A DNA stretch of 64,000 nt, taken from an uncultured Nitrososphaerota archaeon. GTDB taxonomy: Archaea; Thermoproteota; Nitrososphaeria; Conexivisphaerales; DTJL01. The stretch is from the NCBI GenBank assembly GCA_963842885.1, contig CAWJIE010000004.1, positions 288,001 to 352,000 on the forward strand, in the 5' to 3' direction. Below, piece after piece: positions 30,537 through 40,368 of the stretch. Both the position numbers and the translations under genes were made by a program. The notes under the pieces are model-generated. The model was not told the DNA's origin. It did not search any database and was given only the letters and a program-made list of their open reading frames with translations. Numbering within the stretch: the stretch's first letter is position 1; the number at the start of each line of letters is the position of its first letter.

Positions 30537-32894
30537 TCATTGAATGTGGTGCATACGACGAAGGTCAGGCTCGAACGGCTTCAATTGAGCTGGAACTATT
30601 GTTGAGCTGGGATCCTTCAATGACAGCCCCTGAGACTTTTTGGCGTTCCAAATCCCTGAATCGAAGTCGAGGATTTGTTGTGTAAGATTGACATAATCAG
30701 ATTTGTATTCGAAAGATGGGAAGCTTTGTGAATGCACGCTGGTCAAGCCATACAGCTTCCTCCAGAGATAGTCCGTGATGAAGGGTGTTAGAGGTGCCAT
30801 CAATAGTAATATGTTCTTGAGACCCGTATGCAGGCCGTTCCAAGCTGCTTCCTGCTCTTCTTTGGTTATGCCAGGCCCTCCGTAGGCCCTAGCTTTGACC
30901 ATCTCGACATAGTGGTCGGCGAAGATGTTCCAGCTGAAATATCTGAGATCTAGCGCGGCCTTGCTGAACGTGTAGTTTTCATAGTTGGCGCGTGTTTTGG
31001 CTATGACGGAGGATAGCTCGCTAAACATCCACTCCTCGCTTGGAGTGATAGCCGCGCTCGGCCCTTCTGGAAAGGATGAAATCAGCCTAGAGATGTTCCA
31101 AAGTTTGGTGAGGAACTTCCCGGAGCCCTCAGTCCTCGCGTAAGAGTATTTCACATCCCCCTCTGTAATGTCTCCTTCCAAGAAGACCCAGGCGCGGAAA
31201 GCCTCTGCTCCGTATCGTTTGATGACCTCTTGCGGGTCAATTACGTTGCCCACGCTCTTGCTCATCTTCTCGCCGGACTCGTCGACTACATGATGGTTGA
31301 TCCAAACGTCCTTGAAAGGCGGTTTCTTGAACTGAAGGTACGACTTGAGTACTGTAAAATAGAGCCAGCTCCTGACGATTTCCTTCCCCTGTGGTCTAAG
31401 CGAACAGGGGTAATTCCTGTAGAAGAACTCTTTCTCCCACAGATAGCCAAGGATGTATTGTTGGGTGTTGCTTGAATCGAACCATGTGTCGAAGATCCTT
31501 TCTTCGCCCTTGAACTCGGTCCACCCGCAGCTTGGGCATCTGTCCACGGGGGGCTTCTCCTTCCATGGTCGATAGTACCGGCCGGGAGGAGGAATGATGG
31601 TTTCGCCGCACTTCATGCAATACCAGAGCGGTATCTCCGTCCCGTAGAAACGCCTTCTAGAAAGGACCCAGTCCACCGAGATGCTGTTAATCCAGTCTAT
31701 CAAGAGGTTCTTGCTTTGAGGGGAATGAAATGTCATCAAGTCTGTCAACTTCAGAAGGTCTTCCTTGTATGCGACCTGTTTGAGATAGATTTCCTTGGTG
31801 GGTATGAATTCGATGGGGTTTTTGCTCCGCCAGCAAATCGGTTCTCGGTGGGGAGCTTGTTCGATTTTGACAATCAAGCCATTGGTCTGGAGGTCTTCTA
31901 CTGTTTTCTTGCGAGCTTCCTTGACGGTCAGCCCCGAATAGGGGCCTGCTTCACCTACCATATGCCCATCCTGATCGATGATATACGTTGGAGGGATCGA
32001 AAGCTCTCTTAGGATTCTTATGTCGTTGTAGTCGCCGTAGCTACAAATCATGACTAAACCGGAGCCATACTCGGGTTTGGCGTAGGGGTGTGGAACGACC
32101 TTCACGACCTTCCCGAAGATAGGGATTATCGCCTCCCTCCCCGCTAGATTTGTGTATCGCTCGTCCTCTGGATTGTAGATGATGATTTTGCAGGCGGCGA
32201 GCAGCTCGGGCCTCGTCGTAGCTATTGTGATATCGCCGCCGTTGACTAGGGCGAATCTGATGAAGTTGAGATTGACTGAATATTCTTTGTATTCTACTTC
32301 GGCGTCGGAGATGGTGGTGCGGCATACAGGACAGTAGTTTGCTGTCTTCTCTCCTTCGTAAATTAGCCCGTCTTTGAATAGTCTGATGAACGTCTCTTGA
32401 GTGAGCCGTCGATACTCCGCATCGTCGGTTTCATAGACTGCGCCAATGCTATTCTTCTTCTCCCAACCGTTAATGCTGAGCCCCAGCTTCTTGAATGTCG
32501 TAACGGAGACGCCTTCGTAGCGGTCTAGGAGCTCTTTAGCTCTCTGGATGAACTCTTCGCGGGGGGTGTTCCTGATGCTTATCTTGAACTCCTTCTCCGT
32601 CTGTATTTCTATGGGTAAACCGTTTCTGTCGAGGCCCATCGGGAATAGCACGTTGTAGCCGGACATACGCTTGTACCTAGCTATGGCGTCCATGCAGGTG
32701 TATGTGTATGCTTGACCGATGTGAACGGGTGTGTTGATGTAAGGAGGAGGTGTGTCTATACTGTAAACCGGTCTTTCTGATTGGGGATCGAAGCTATACA
32801 ACTGTTCGTCAATCCATCTCTTGAACATCTGTTCCTCGAGTCCCCGGTTCCAGGTTTTCTCTTCAATCCTGGGCTTGAAAGACGAGGCTTCCAT
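30537..32894 (-). CDS. valS: Valine--tRNA ligase
   Basis: IDTPPPY, HIGQ, DWVLSRRR, DTWFDSS and KMSKS motifs. Confidence 0.95.
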   Translation of the reverse strand: MEASSFKPRIEEKTWNRGLEEQMFKRWIDEQLYSFDPQSERPVYSIDTPPPYINTPVHIGQAYTYTCMDAIARYKRMSGYNVLFPMGLDRNGLPIEIQTEKEFKISIRNTPREEFIQRAKELLDRYEGVSVTTFKKLGLSINGWEKKNSIGAVYETDDAEYRRLTQETFIRLFKDGLIYEGEKTANYCPVCRTTISDAEVEYKEYSVNLNFIRFALVNGGDITIATTRPELLAACKIIIYNPEDERYTNLAGREAIIPIFGKVVKVVPHPYAKPEYGSGLVMICSYGDYNDIRILRELSIPPTYIIDQDGHMVGEAGPYSGLTVKEARKKTVEDLQTNGLIVKIEQAPHREPICWRSKNPIEFIPTKEIYLKQVAYKEDLLKLTDLMTFHSPQSKNLLIDWINSISVDWVLSRRRFYGTEIPLWYCMKCGETIIPPPGRYYRPWKEKPPVDRCPSCGWTEFKGEERIFDTWFDSSNTQQYILGYLWEKEFFYRNYPCSLRPQGKEIVRSWLYFTVLKSYLQFKKPPFKDVWINHHVVDESGEKMSKSVGNVIDPQEVIKRYGAEAFRAWVFLEGDITEGDVKYSYARTEGSGKFLTKLWNISRLISSFPEGPSAAITPSEEWMFSELSSVIAKTRANYENYTFSKAALDLRYFSWNIFADHYVEMVKARAYGGPGITKEEQEAAWNGLHTGLKNILLLMAPLTPFITDYLWRKLYGLTSVHSQSFPSFEYKSDYVNLTQQILDFDSGIWNAKKSQGLSLKDPSSTIVPAQLKPFEPDLRRMHHIQ

Positions 32895-32949
32895 TAATGT
32901 GGCTAGCGTAATTTGATGAGTCTCTTAAGAGTTTAGTCGGTTGACTGAG

Positions 32950-34197
32950 CTACTTGGTTCTATATCTGAGCAGGGCGCCTATTCCGCCGAAGCTCTTGAA
33001 CATCTGTCCGTGTTCAGTCTTAGCGCTGACGACTTCGACGGAGGCGCCGATGGTAGACGCCTGATCAAAGAGAAAGTCAACTACGTCCTGTTGTGAGTAA
33101 TCCCACTCGTTAGCGTTGCACGAAGGACAGTTCTTACCCATGATTTCTGTCTTCTCGGAGAATATGTCGCTCTGTTTCACGAACCTTTCTATCGTCTGGT
33201 CGCATTTCCTGCATTTGAATTCTAGCCTGTAAAGATCCAGTTCTTCGGAAATGATGATGGTGCTGGCAGAGTTGTTCTTAAGGCTAAAGAGGACGTTGTC
33301 GAGGCCGTATACTGCCAAGCCATAGTCCTTCGATGCTTCACCTATGAATTTATTGATGATGTCCTTCTCTTGAACGAATCGAACGTCTTGGAGTAGTGAT
33401 CCCGCTTTCTCGACGGTTTCACGTATACCGGCTTCACCCGAATAAGAGATATCTACGAGGCCGATGACGCCGTTTTGTAGCCTATAGTCTAGGTATTCAC
33501 CTTTGTAGAATGAGTCTTTCGTGGGTCCTGGACCTCCCAGAATCATCTTCTTAACCGGAGTGACTTCGATGAATGCCTTATATGCGTGCACGGCGATGCG
33601 ATTGAAGAAATCATTGATTTCGTTGGCTCGGAGTCTCTCGAACCTGCGCGCTGACTGACCTCCTTGGCGGTGCTTACCAGCTACGCCTGATGTCATCTCT
33701 TCAATCACTGAAACTTTGTCTCCTACGAGGAGGCCGAGGGCGGCTTCGGCGGTGTCGATAGTTAGGATACCTATAGCCTCCTGTTCCCTAATCGTGTCTC
33801 TGAGGAGGTCAAGGTGAAAGTGGTCGTCGCATCTGTAAAGGTATACGCTGATTGGCTTCGGTGGTTCAATCTCGAAAAGCTGAATCACTTCCGTGTTAGG
33901 GCCACTGACCGGCAAAGCCCCACAGAAGATTACCAGACCGTTTGGTGGAGCGCTCTTGTATAGCTTGAGACGTTGTTGGACTCGGGTGAGTGCGTCTTGT
34001 ACGTGATTACGTGTCGTATCGCTCTTGATGTTGGATGCCGTTCCGTATTCGTCCCTGAGGTTGGCGATGACATCGTAGATGGGTCTCTTGGGTGGAACGT
34101 AAAGGGAAATGAGTTCCGTTCCCCGACCCTGTTTGCTGCCGAGCTCCGTTAGCAATTTCCTCACCCTGTACATTGCTACGGAGTCATATTCTGGCAA
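32950..34197 (-). CDS. prf1: Peptide chain release factor aRF1
   Basis: TASNIKS, YRCD and GGQSARRFER motifs. Confidence 0.98.
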   Translation of the reverse strand: MPEYDSVAMYRVRKLLTELGSKQGRGTELISLYVPPKRPIYDVIANLRDEYGTASNIKSDTTRNHVQDALTRVQQRLKLYKSAPPNGLVIFCGALPVSGPNTEVIQLFEIEPPKPISVYLYRCDDHFHLDLLRDTIREQEAIGILTIDTAEAALGLLVGDKVSVIEEMTSGVAGKHRQGGQSARRFERLRANEINDFFNRIAVHAYKAFIEVTPVKKMILGGPGPTKDSFYKGEYLDYRLQNGVIGLVDISYSGEAGIRETVEKAGSLLQDVRFVQEKDIINKFIGEASKDYGLAVYGLDNVLFSLKNNSASTIIISEELDLYRLEFKCRKCDQTIERFVKQSDIFSEKTEIMGKNCPSCNANEWDYSQQDVVDFLFDQASTIGASVEVVSAKTEHGQMFKSFGGIGALLRYRTK

Positions 34198-34260
34198 TTG
34201 GTATCGCCATCCTTACCCTCAACTTTTTATTGAGGGGTTAGATGAACTTATGGGAAAGCC

Positions 34261-34938
34261 TTGAAAGGGACAGTAATTAAGATTAGTGGTTCTGTATTCC
34301 TTTGGGATGGCATCAGCAAGAATCTCCCTCCGTTGCTGAAGCTCTTCAAGAATCTTGCCAAGGCTGGAGAGAAGTTGGTTTTGGTGGCTGGCGGTGGCGA
34401 GACGGCGAGACGCTACATAACAATTGGAAGGAAGCTAGGCATCGATGAATCGATGCTAGATGATTTGGGGTTGAGAGCGGCTCGTCTCAATGCCGAGCTC
34501 TTGGTCGGCGGATTGGGGGACTTGGCGTTCCCTACTGTCCCTGAGAATATGGATCAAGCGGCTGAGGCTTTTGGTACCGGCAAGATAGTTGTTGTTGGTG
34601 GTTTTCATCCAGGGCATAGCACCAACGCTGTCGCAGCGTTGACCGCTGAAAGGATACATGCAAACCTGTTTGTAAACGCAACAGATGTAGACGGTGTTTA
34701 CACTGCCGATCCCAACAAAGATGGTAGCGCTAGAAAACTAAGTCATGTTTCAACGGCGCAATTAAGGAAGATGTTCGGAGATGGAGAAATGAGAGCCGGA
34801 ACGTATGAGCTGCTGGATCTCTTGGCTGTAAACATCATCGAACGATCGAAGATAAGGACTGTCATATTGAAGTGTGAGCCATCGGCCATTAGCAAAGCCA
34901 TAAGGGGAGAGCCGGTTGGCACGTTGGTCATAGTGTAA
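34261..34938 (+). CDS. pyrH: UMP kinase
   Basis: KISGS, GGGETARRYI, PGHSTNAVAA and DVDGVY motifs. Confidence 0.95.
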   Translation: MKGTVIKISGSVFLWDGISKNLPPLLKLFKNLAKAGEKLVLVAGGGETARRYITIGRKLGIDESMLDDLGLRAARLNAELLVGGLGDLAFPTVPENMDQAAEAFGTGKIVVVGGFHPGHSTNAVAALTAERIHANLFVNATDVDGVYTADPNKDGSARKLSHVSTAQLRKMFGDGEMRAGTYELLDLLAVNIIERSKIRTVILKCEPSAISKAIRGEPVGTLVIV

Positions 34939-34942
34939 GAAC

Positions 34943-35161
34943 ATGAAGGATCTTTCGCAATTGCCGGCTCACGCCCATTGTAAGACCTGTGGTAAAGTTA
35001 TTCAGCCAGGTAGGAGTTACTGCTCAAGTGAATGTGAAACAATCGGCGTTAAGGAGGAGAGACACAAGAAGAGTGGCGACTTTGTTACACGGTTCGTCTT
35101 GGTGGCAATGTTCGGAATAGCCATTTTGTTTGTCTTTCTCCAGCTACTCTCTAAAGCTTAA
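34943..35161 (+). CDS. DUF2116-like Zn-ribbon membrane protein
   Basis: HAHCKTCGK..YCSSEC followed by a hydrophobic helix. Confidence 0.75.
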   Translation: MKDLSQLPAHAHCKTCGKVIQPGRSYCSSECETIGVKEERHKKSGDFVTRFVLVAMFGIAILFVFLQLLSKA

Positions 35162-35204
35162 TGGAAGCAAACCATAAAATAACCACAAACCCGAGTTGTG
35201 GACT

Positions 35205-35334
35205 GCGGGGGTCCCCGAGCCAGGTCAAAGCTTCCCGAATTAGGTGACTACAGGGGGCAGACGCGAAGCTCGTAAAGCCCAAACTCAAGATCTGCTGGCG
35301 TAGGCCTTCGTGGGTTCGAATCCCACCCCCCGCA
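35205..35334 (+). tRNA. tRNA-Leu(CAA) with two non-canonical introns (35229-35251 in the D-loop; 35261-35282 at 30/31)
   Basis: BHB-like junctions GGTC-AAA/GACT-ACA and GGGC-AGA/GCCC-AAA; spliced arm GCAGA-CT-CAA-GA-TCTGC; long variable arm. Confidence 0.9.
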
Positions 35335-35363
35335 CTACAATTTGGGTGGGAATACTTTTAAGT

Positions 35364-36515
35364 ATGAACCTCGAACTCTCCCGCCGATTGAACGATCAAC
35401 TCAAAGGCCAGTCGATGGTCAACTTCCTGAAAGGCTTCAATAGCGAAGCCACAAAGGACTCCTACTACAAGAAGCTCAGGTACTTCCTCGCTTTCACTCA
35501 TATGGAGCCTGACGAGTTCCTTGAGAAGAGCAGGAACGACTCGAAGTTCGCCGAACACGCAATAATAGACTATGTGGAAGCAAGGAGGAGCCAGGTAAGC
35601 GGTTCAACCATACACCAAGTCAGAGATGCTTTGAAGCATTTCTATGAGATGAATGACCTTGATGACGCGGTAAACTGGGCAAAGATTAGCAAGCTTATGC
35701 CGCACGCTAGGAAGATAGGCAGTGATAGAGCGCCAACCTTGGAAGAAGTCAGAACCATAATCGACAACGCTGATCTGAGAACCAAATGCATCGTTCTGTT
35801 GTGTTGTAGCACTGGGATAAGGCTGGGAGCGATAGCATCCTTGACTTGGAGAGACATCGAACCACTCTTCAAGGACGGAGATCTCGTTGCGGCAAAACTC
35901 ATCGTCTACCGAGAAGATCCAGAAGAGTACTCGACGTTTATGACGCCTGAGTGCTATCATGCGTTAGCGGAATACAGGAAAAGGAGAGAGGCAATCGGTG
36001 AGCTGGTGACACCGACCTCACCTCTCATTAGAGATGTCTGGGATAATAACAAGTATAGAGCTAGCAGGAAACAAGATCCAAAGGTGGCCAAAGCCCTCAG
36101 TGCCAAAGCGATAGGAAATGAGATGGGAGATTTGCTGAGGAAGGTTGGCCTAAGGAAGGCGGGTGATAAGAAACACGAGTTCAAGCAGGTACACGGTTTT
36201 CGTAAATTCTTCAAGACCAACGCTGAAAGAGGCATGAAGACAATCGACGTCGAGAAGTTACTTGGTCATGCGGAGAACTATTACAAGCCCTCCACGCATT
36301 ACCTGCTGGACGAATACGTCAAGGTAGTTCCGCTTCTCACAATCTCAGAGGCAGTTGAATTGAAGAACAAGCTCGAAGAGAAGGTGGTCGTCAGCGACAG
36401 GAAGGTCGGCGCGCTCGAAAGGGAGAACCTTATACTACAAGGCAGACTGGCCAAGATTGAGAAGGATTACGAAGAAGTGAAGGAACTAATCGAGTCTCGG
36501 TTGCTGACACGGTGA
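35364..36515 (+). CDS. Tyrosine recombinase/integrase
   Basis: STGIRLGAI (R), HGFRK (HxxR), LLGH and NYY (Tyr); C-terminal coiled coil. Confidence 0.93.
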   Translation: MNLELSRRLNDQLKGQSMVNFLKGFNSEATKDSYYKKLRYFLAFTHMEPDEFLEKSRNDSKFAEHAIIDYVEARRSQVSGSTIHQVRDALKHFYEMNDLDDAVNWAKISKLMPHARKIGSDRAPTLEEVRTIIDNADLRTKCIVLLCCSTGIRLGAIASLTWRDIEPLFKDGDLVAAKLIVYREDPEEYSTFMTPECYHALAEYRKRREAIGELVTPTSPLIRDVWDNNKYRASRKQDPKVAKALSAKAIGNEMGDLLRKVGLRKAGDKKHEFKQVHGFRKFFKTNAERGMKTIDVEKLLGHAENYYKPSTHYLLDEYVKVVPLLTISEAVELKNKLEEKVVVSDRKVGALERENLILQGRLAKIEKDYEEVKELIESRLLTR

Positions 36516-36566
36516 ACCCAGCGTTCCAAAGGCATTTATCGTCAAATAGCTAGAACGCCCTAACAG

Positions 36567-37061
36567 ATGCCGAGTTCAGAGCCCGTGCGCTCCAGCCGTC
36601 CTGACACATACGAGAAGGGCACGTTGCCCAACAAAACGCGGCTTCTCCTATACCTAGCCGTGAAGGGGAAGGTCAAGAAAGAGCAACCAAGTCTCCATGC
36701 CTTCTTAGCCAATGAGGTCGGATATAGCGTCAGCCAAGTCTATACCGACATCGAAGACCTTCAGAAGGACAAGCTCATTGCAGAGAAGAAGGAAGACGAC
36801 GGTTCTCACAGCTACTTGGTCACCAGGAAGGGTTACGACTCCATCCAGCACTTCTTTCGTTCGCCAATCCTTTACGGGGGGGAAGTCGCTCTAATGTCGA
36901 TCCTGCTTGTCTGGTTCGGGGTAGGATCGCTCTACGGCCAGATAAGCGGCTTGCCGCTCGCCGTGGGAATAGTGGCCGTCGCTGTCTTCAATGCGCTCTT
37001 TGGAATCAAGATGATGTGGACGCCCATTCGTCTTTCGAAAATTCGAAGATCCGTCTCATGA
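36567..37061 (+). CDS. Winged-helix protein with two C-terminal membrane helices
   Basis: SQVYTDIEDL...YLVTRKG wHTH pattern followed by hydrophobic segments. Confidence 0.6.
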   Translation: MPSSEPVRSSRPDTYEKGTLPNKTRLLLYLAVKGKVKKEQPSLHAFLANEVGYSVSQVYTDIEDLQKDKLIAEKKEDDGSHSYLVTRKGYDSIQHFFRSPILYGGEVALMSILLVWFGVGSLYGQISGLPLAVGIVAVAVFNALFGIKMMWTPIRLSKIRRSVS

Positions 37062-37115
37062 CGAATTCTAGACCTTAACTCCAGACCATCGGTAGGTAGT
37101 CCTCGGCGATGGAAC

Positions 37116-37802
37116 TTGTTGGGCACTAACACCATCAAGAGAACGTTCAAGGCTCTTTGGCCCTCGCTTAGTGTGTTTGGCATCGTAGACGCCGTAGCCA
37201 TTCTTGCATACTACTTCCTGCCAGATCACTCAGCTGAACTCGCACTGTCTAACGACAATCCAATGGGAATTGTGACTCACATTTTCTCCCACGTGTCAAC
37301 GTTGCACGTTATTGGTAACGCAGCTATGCTGCTGGCCTTCCCCGTCATGCTGGCCATAGTAGGATACATGGGGGCACAGATGACGGACCAAGGCGAACAG
37401 TACCTCAGGTTCATCGGCAGGTGGACGGTTCCGCTATTCTTCGCTACTTCGATTACCTCTGGCATAGTTGCATTCGCAACCCTATCTGCTTCAGGCAGAG
37501 CCTTCACGTTCTCTGGGATGTCGGACGGTGTGTACGGCGTCGCGGCGGGGCTTGCCTACGCTGGTTTTGTAAAGACTTTCCCCCACGTCAGGCTGGGCCG
37601 ACCGCTTCCCACCCTCCTTCGAGGCATCACGGTTATTCTCTTGCTTTACGTCTTCTGGGCTATTGCGAACAGCGCGTTAGGTAACCTAGGACATATGCTC
37701 GGCGTGCTGTCGGCAATCGCCTTTGTGACCGCCATCGGCGTCGCGGACACCGTCACTCCCATGCTCCAAGCCACGCTGCAAGAAAGGAGGCTGGGCCGTT
37801 AA
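37116..37802 (+). CDS. Rhomboid-like intramembrane serine protease
   Basis: THIFSH...HVIGN, SGMSDGVYG and LGHMLG in a multi-TM protein. Confidence 0.7.
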   Translation: MLGTNTIKRTFKALWPSLSVFGIVDAVAILAYYFLPDHSAELALSNDNPMGIVTHIFSHVSTLHVIGNAAMLLAFPVMLAIVGYMGAQMTDQGEQYLRFIGRWTVPLFFATSITSGIVAFATLSASGRAFTFSGMSDGVYGVAAGLAYAGFVKTFPHVRLGRPLPTLLRGITVILLLYVFWAIANSALGNLGHMLGVLSAIAFVTAIGVADTVTPMLQATLQERRLGR

Positions 37803-37874
37803 GGTGTTCTTCGACATAGAAACGCACGGCACCAACCCATTAATCGTTCGGCGATTTGTGAGAGCGAGAGCTGA

Positions 37875-38333
37875 TTGACTGAATCCTCTTTCAAGACTAG
37901 TTGGATTACTTTCATTCCCGTAATAGGGTACCTCTGGCTGTTGAGAGATGAAACTAGGCAAGACCTTCGTGAGAACGCAGGCATCATTCTGTTCAATACG
38001 TCTGGTCTTTGGCTTCCCCCTATTGTCTTCGGTCTCATCTTTTGGCATATGCACTGGAGAGTCCTTGCAGGATTCCTCCTGCTACTCGACATATACATGG
38101 CCGTGGCCTTCCTGTTCATGATTCTTGTAGCAACCTACATCGAGACTAGAATGGTTGGTGGAGGAAAGTACCACAACAGCAGGTTGTTCAAAGCTTTGAG
38201 GTGGACAAGGGTGGAAGGTCTTTCACGGGCTGAAGTTCGCAGGCGGTTCCTAGTCTTCAATTATCACGAATTAGTGAATGCAATAGTCGGATTGGCAATA
38301 GCCACTTTCATAGTCTTGTTGTTCTTTGGGTAG
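37875..38333 (+). CDS. Hypothetical membrane protein
   Basis: 152-aa ORF with several hydrophobic helices. Confidence 0.55.
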   Translation: MTESSFKTSWITFIPVIGYLWLLRDETRQDLRENAGIILFNTSGLWLPPIVFGLIFWHMHWRVLAGFLLLLDIYMAVAFLFMILVATYIETRMVGGGKYHNSRLFKALRWTRVEGLSRAEVRRRFLVFNYHELVNAIVGLAIATFIVLLFFG

Positions 38334-38387
38334 ACCTCTCGCGCACTTTGCGAGTGACGGCTTAATGGTATCGCAGCGTATGAGCGA

Positions 38388-38834
38388 TTATCGACCGAGT
38401 AGCGTCTTGTCTAGGATCAGACTAAACTCCGCAAGGTATGAGAATAGCACCACAGAGTGCCCTTCCGTTTGGAGGCGTTTGGGTAGTCGGAACGAAATCA
38501 CGCATGAGCCTTCCGACTGTCTATGGGGAAGCAAGGGATTAGGGAAGACATCTATATGCTTGATCATCTGGCCATCGCATGACAGCTGAGTTATCAGCAG
38601 GCCTTCGTCGCTATCGTTCTGCACAAGCATGCTGATTCGCCCATTCTCTATCTCCCAGCCTACCATATGCAGCTTGATGTCGGCGTTGTAGGCTTTGACG
38701 GCTCCCTCGACAAAACTGCTCTTGGTGAACCCCCTTTTCGTTGCCTTCTCCAGAGTAAGGTTCGTCTTGGCATCTAGTGAGAGTTTCCGTTTGACATGCC
38801 CTCCATCTTCCTCAGGTCTGCCTGCTAGTGACAC
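38388..38834 (-). CDS. Putative ribbon-helix-helix regulator with a beta-rich C-terminal domain
   Basis: KRKLSLD..T...L.......TKSSFVEGAVKAY resembles the RHH pattern. Confidence 0.5.
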   Translation of the reverse strand: MSLAGRPEEDGGHVKRKLSLDAKTNLTLEKATKRGFTKSSFVEGAVKAYNADIKLHMVGWEIENGRISMLVQNDSDEGLLITQLSCDGQMIKHIDVFPNPLLPHRQSEGSCVISFRLPKRLQTEGHSVVLFSYLAEFSLILDKTLLGR

Positions 38835-38927
38835 CGTCCCTACCCCAGATGTGGTACCCCTAAGGGTTTTATCTGTATAAATATAGTCCCCCTTTTTTTC
38901 TTAATAGGGCAGCTCTACCCATATAGT

Positions 38928-39080
38928 GTGAGCAAGCGGGCCCGCGCCAGAGTCAGCGACAAGGACCAGATTAGGGCCAAGCTTGTGAATCTAGAGAAAG
39001 AGCTTACAGCATTCAGGGAGCAATTTGAGGAATACCAGCGCAAGGTGCGCGAGGCACTCCTTGAAACGGAGGGAGCTTGA
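38928..39080 (+). CDS. Small coiled-coil protein
   Basis: 50-aa ORF (..IRAKLVNLEKELTAFREQFEEYQRKVREAL..) behind a TATA-like sequence. Confidence 0.5.
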   Translation: MSKRARARVSDKDQIRAKLVNLEKELTAFREQFEEYQRKVREALLETEGA

Positions 39081-39130
39081 GCATGGACCCGCGCCGTTGG
39101 TTGACCACCACAATGAGGGATTGAAGTAGG

Positions 39131-40258
39131 ATGAACCTAGACGACTTCATTTTTGGTCAGAATTGTCCACACCCTCAGGATACCCCATCAAGACCAGCGG
39201 GTGATGTCAGGTCCCGAATACTGAACAGCTGTCCGAAGTCCCGAAGACCTAACCCGACCCTGAGGGGTCGGGTTAACAAGGAGGGACTTTTGCCGCACCC
39301 ACTTGAACCCGTTAACAAACGGGTCTTCCACTTAACCCTTCAGGAACTGTCAGTCCGATGCTGCTATTGTGGAAGCTCCAATGTAACGAAGAAGGGGTCC
39401 AGAAAGAACAAAAAGACCTCACCGCAGCGCTACTTGTGCCATAGCTGCAAACGCAAGTTCACCGCTCGTAGCCTATTCGATACTCAAGTTGCCAAGGACG
39501 TCGACATAGGCTTGGACATGGCAGTCGCAGAACCGAGTCTAGCTGGTATTGCATCGAGATTACGGATAGACCTGGAGGTTGACTTGACGCGGTTCAAGCT
39601 CGCTGGGAATATTGCATCCGTTTCCCACTTACTGAACGTCTTTGAGGAAGATGATCGGGTACGCCCAATATGCGGAGAGCTGCAAGTGGACGAGATGTTT
39701 CAACGGTCGACTAATGGCTCTCATTTTTGGATTCTCAATGTCCTTGAGACGACAACCCGAAGGTGGCTTGTTTCGCTCGTTGCCGAGGAAAGGGATGAAG
39801 AAACCTGGCTCAAGGCTCTGAGGTTAGCAACGAGACGATGCCAGGGCTTCCAAGGGAAGACTGCAAAGTGCGATGGCTGGGGGCCTGCCAGCAAAGCAAT
39901 AGTGGCAGTCGGAATGGTTGCATTTGCAAGATCGAAGGCCGTGGATTACGGGCATATCAATCTTATTGAAAGGTTACATGGGTCTGCCCGAGGCTTGAGC
40001 TTCCCTCATAGGAAGTCGTTATCTTTCTCCTCGGCTACGCAAGACAGGGTCGATCTCTTGCGGCACCATTACAATTTGAGGGCTCATGATGGACTCCAAT
40101 CCAGGTCGCCATTCATGGTATCAACGGGCCTCAGGTGCCGAAAATTCTCAGAGCTGATACGCATAGCAGAGAGAGTGGTCTGGTCTAGGGCCGCCCGACA
40201 TTCAGGCAACAAGGAAGAGCGGCGTAGAGCACGGGAAAGTCTCGATCTCTACTTTTGA
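39131..40258 (+). CDS. DDE transposase with an IS1/IS6-like Zn ribbon (start uncertain)
   Basis: CCYCGS...QRYLCHSC, LQVDEMF, CDGW, IERLHG and HYN..H motifs. Confidence 0.8.
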   Translation: MNLDDFIFGQNCPHPQDTPSRPAGDVRSRILNSCPKSRRPNPTLRGRVNKEGLLPHPLEPVNKRVFHLTLQELSVRCCYCGSSNVTKKGSRKNKKTSPQRYLCHSCKRKFTARSLFDTQVAKDVDIGLDMAVAEPSLAGIASRLRIDLEVDLTRFKLAGNIASVSHLLNVFEEDDRVRPICGELQVDEMFQRSTNGSHFWILNVLETTTRRWLVSLVAEERDEETWLKALRLATRRCQGFQGKTAKCDGWGPASKAIVAVGMVAFARSKAVDYGHINLIERLHGSARGLSFPHRKSLSFSSATQDRVDLLRHHYNLRAHDGLQSRSPFMVSTGLRCRKFSELIRIAERVVWSRAARHSGNKEERRRARESLDLYF

Positions 40259-40368
40259 CGTGAGCATTTTCGGGTCCCGACGTGCGAAATCGGGACCTGT
40301 CGACGGGCTGGTGTGTTGTGACCGCTGGACTTCTGTCCGCCTTCGCAGGATTCCTCTTGAGGGTGCTG

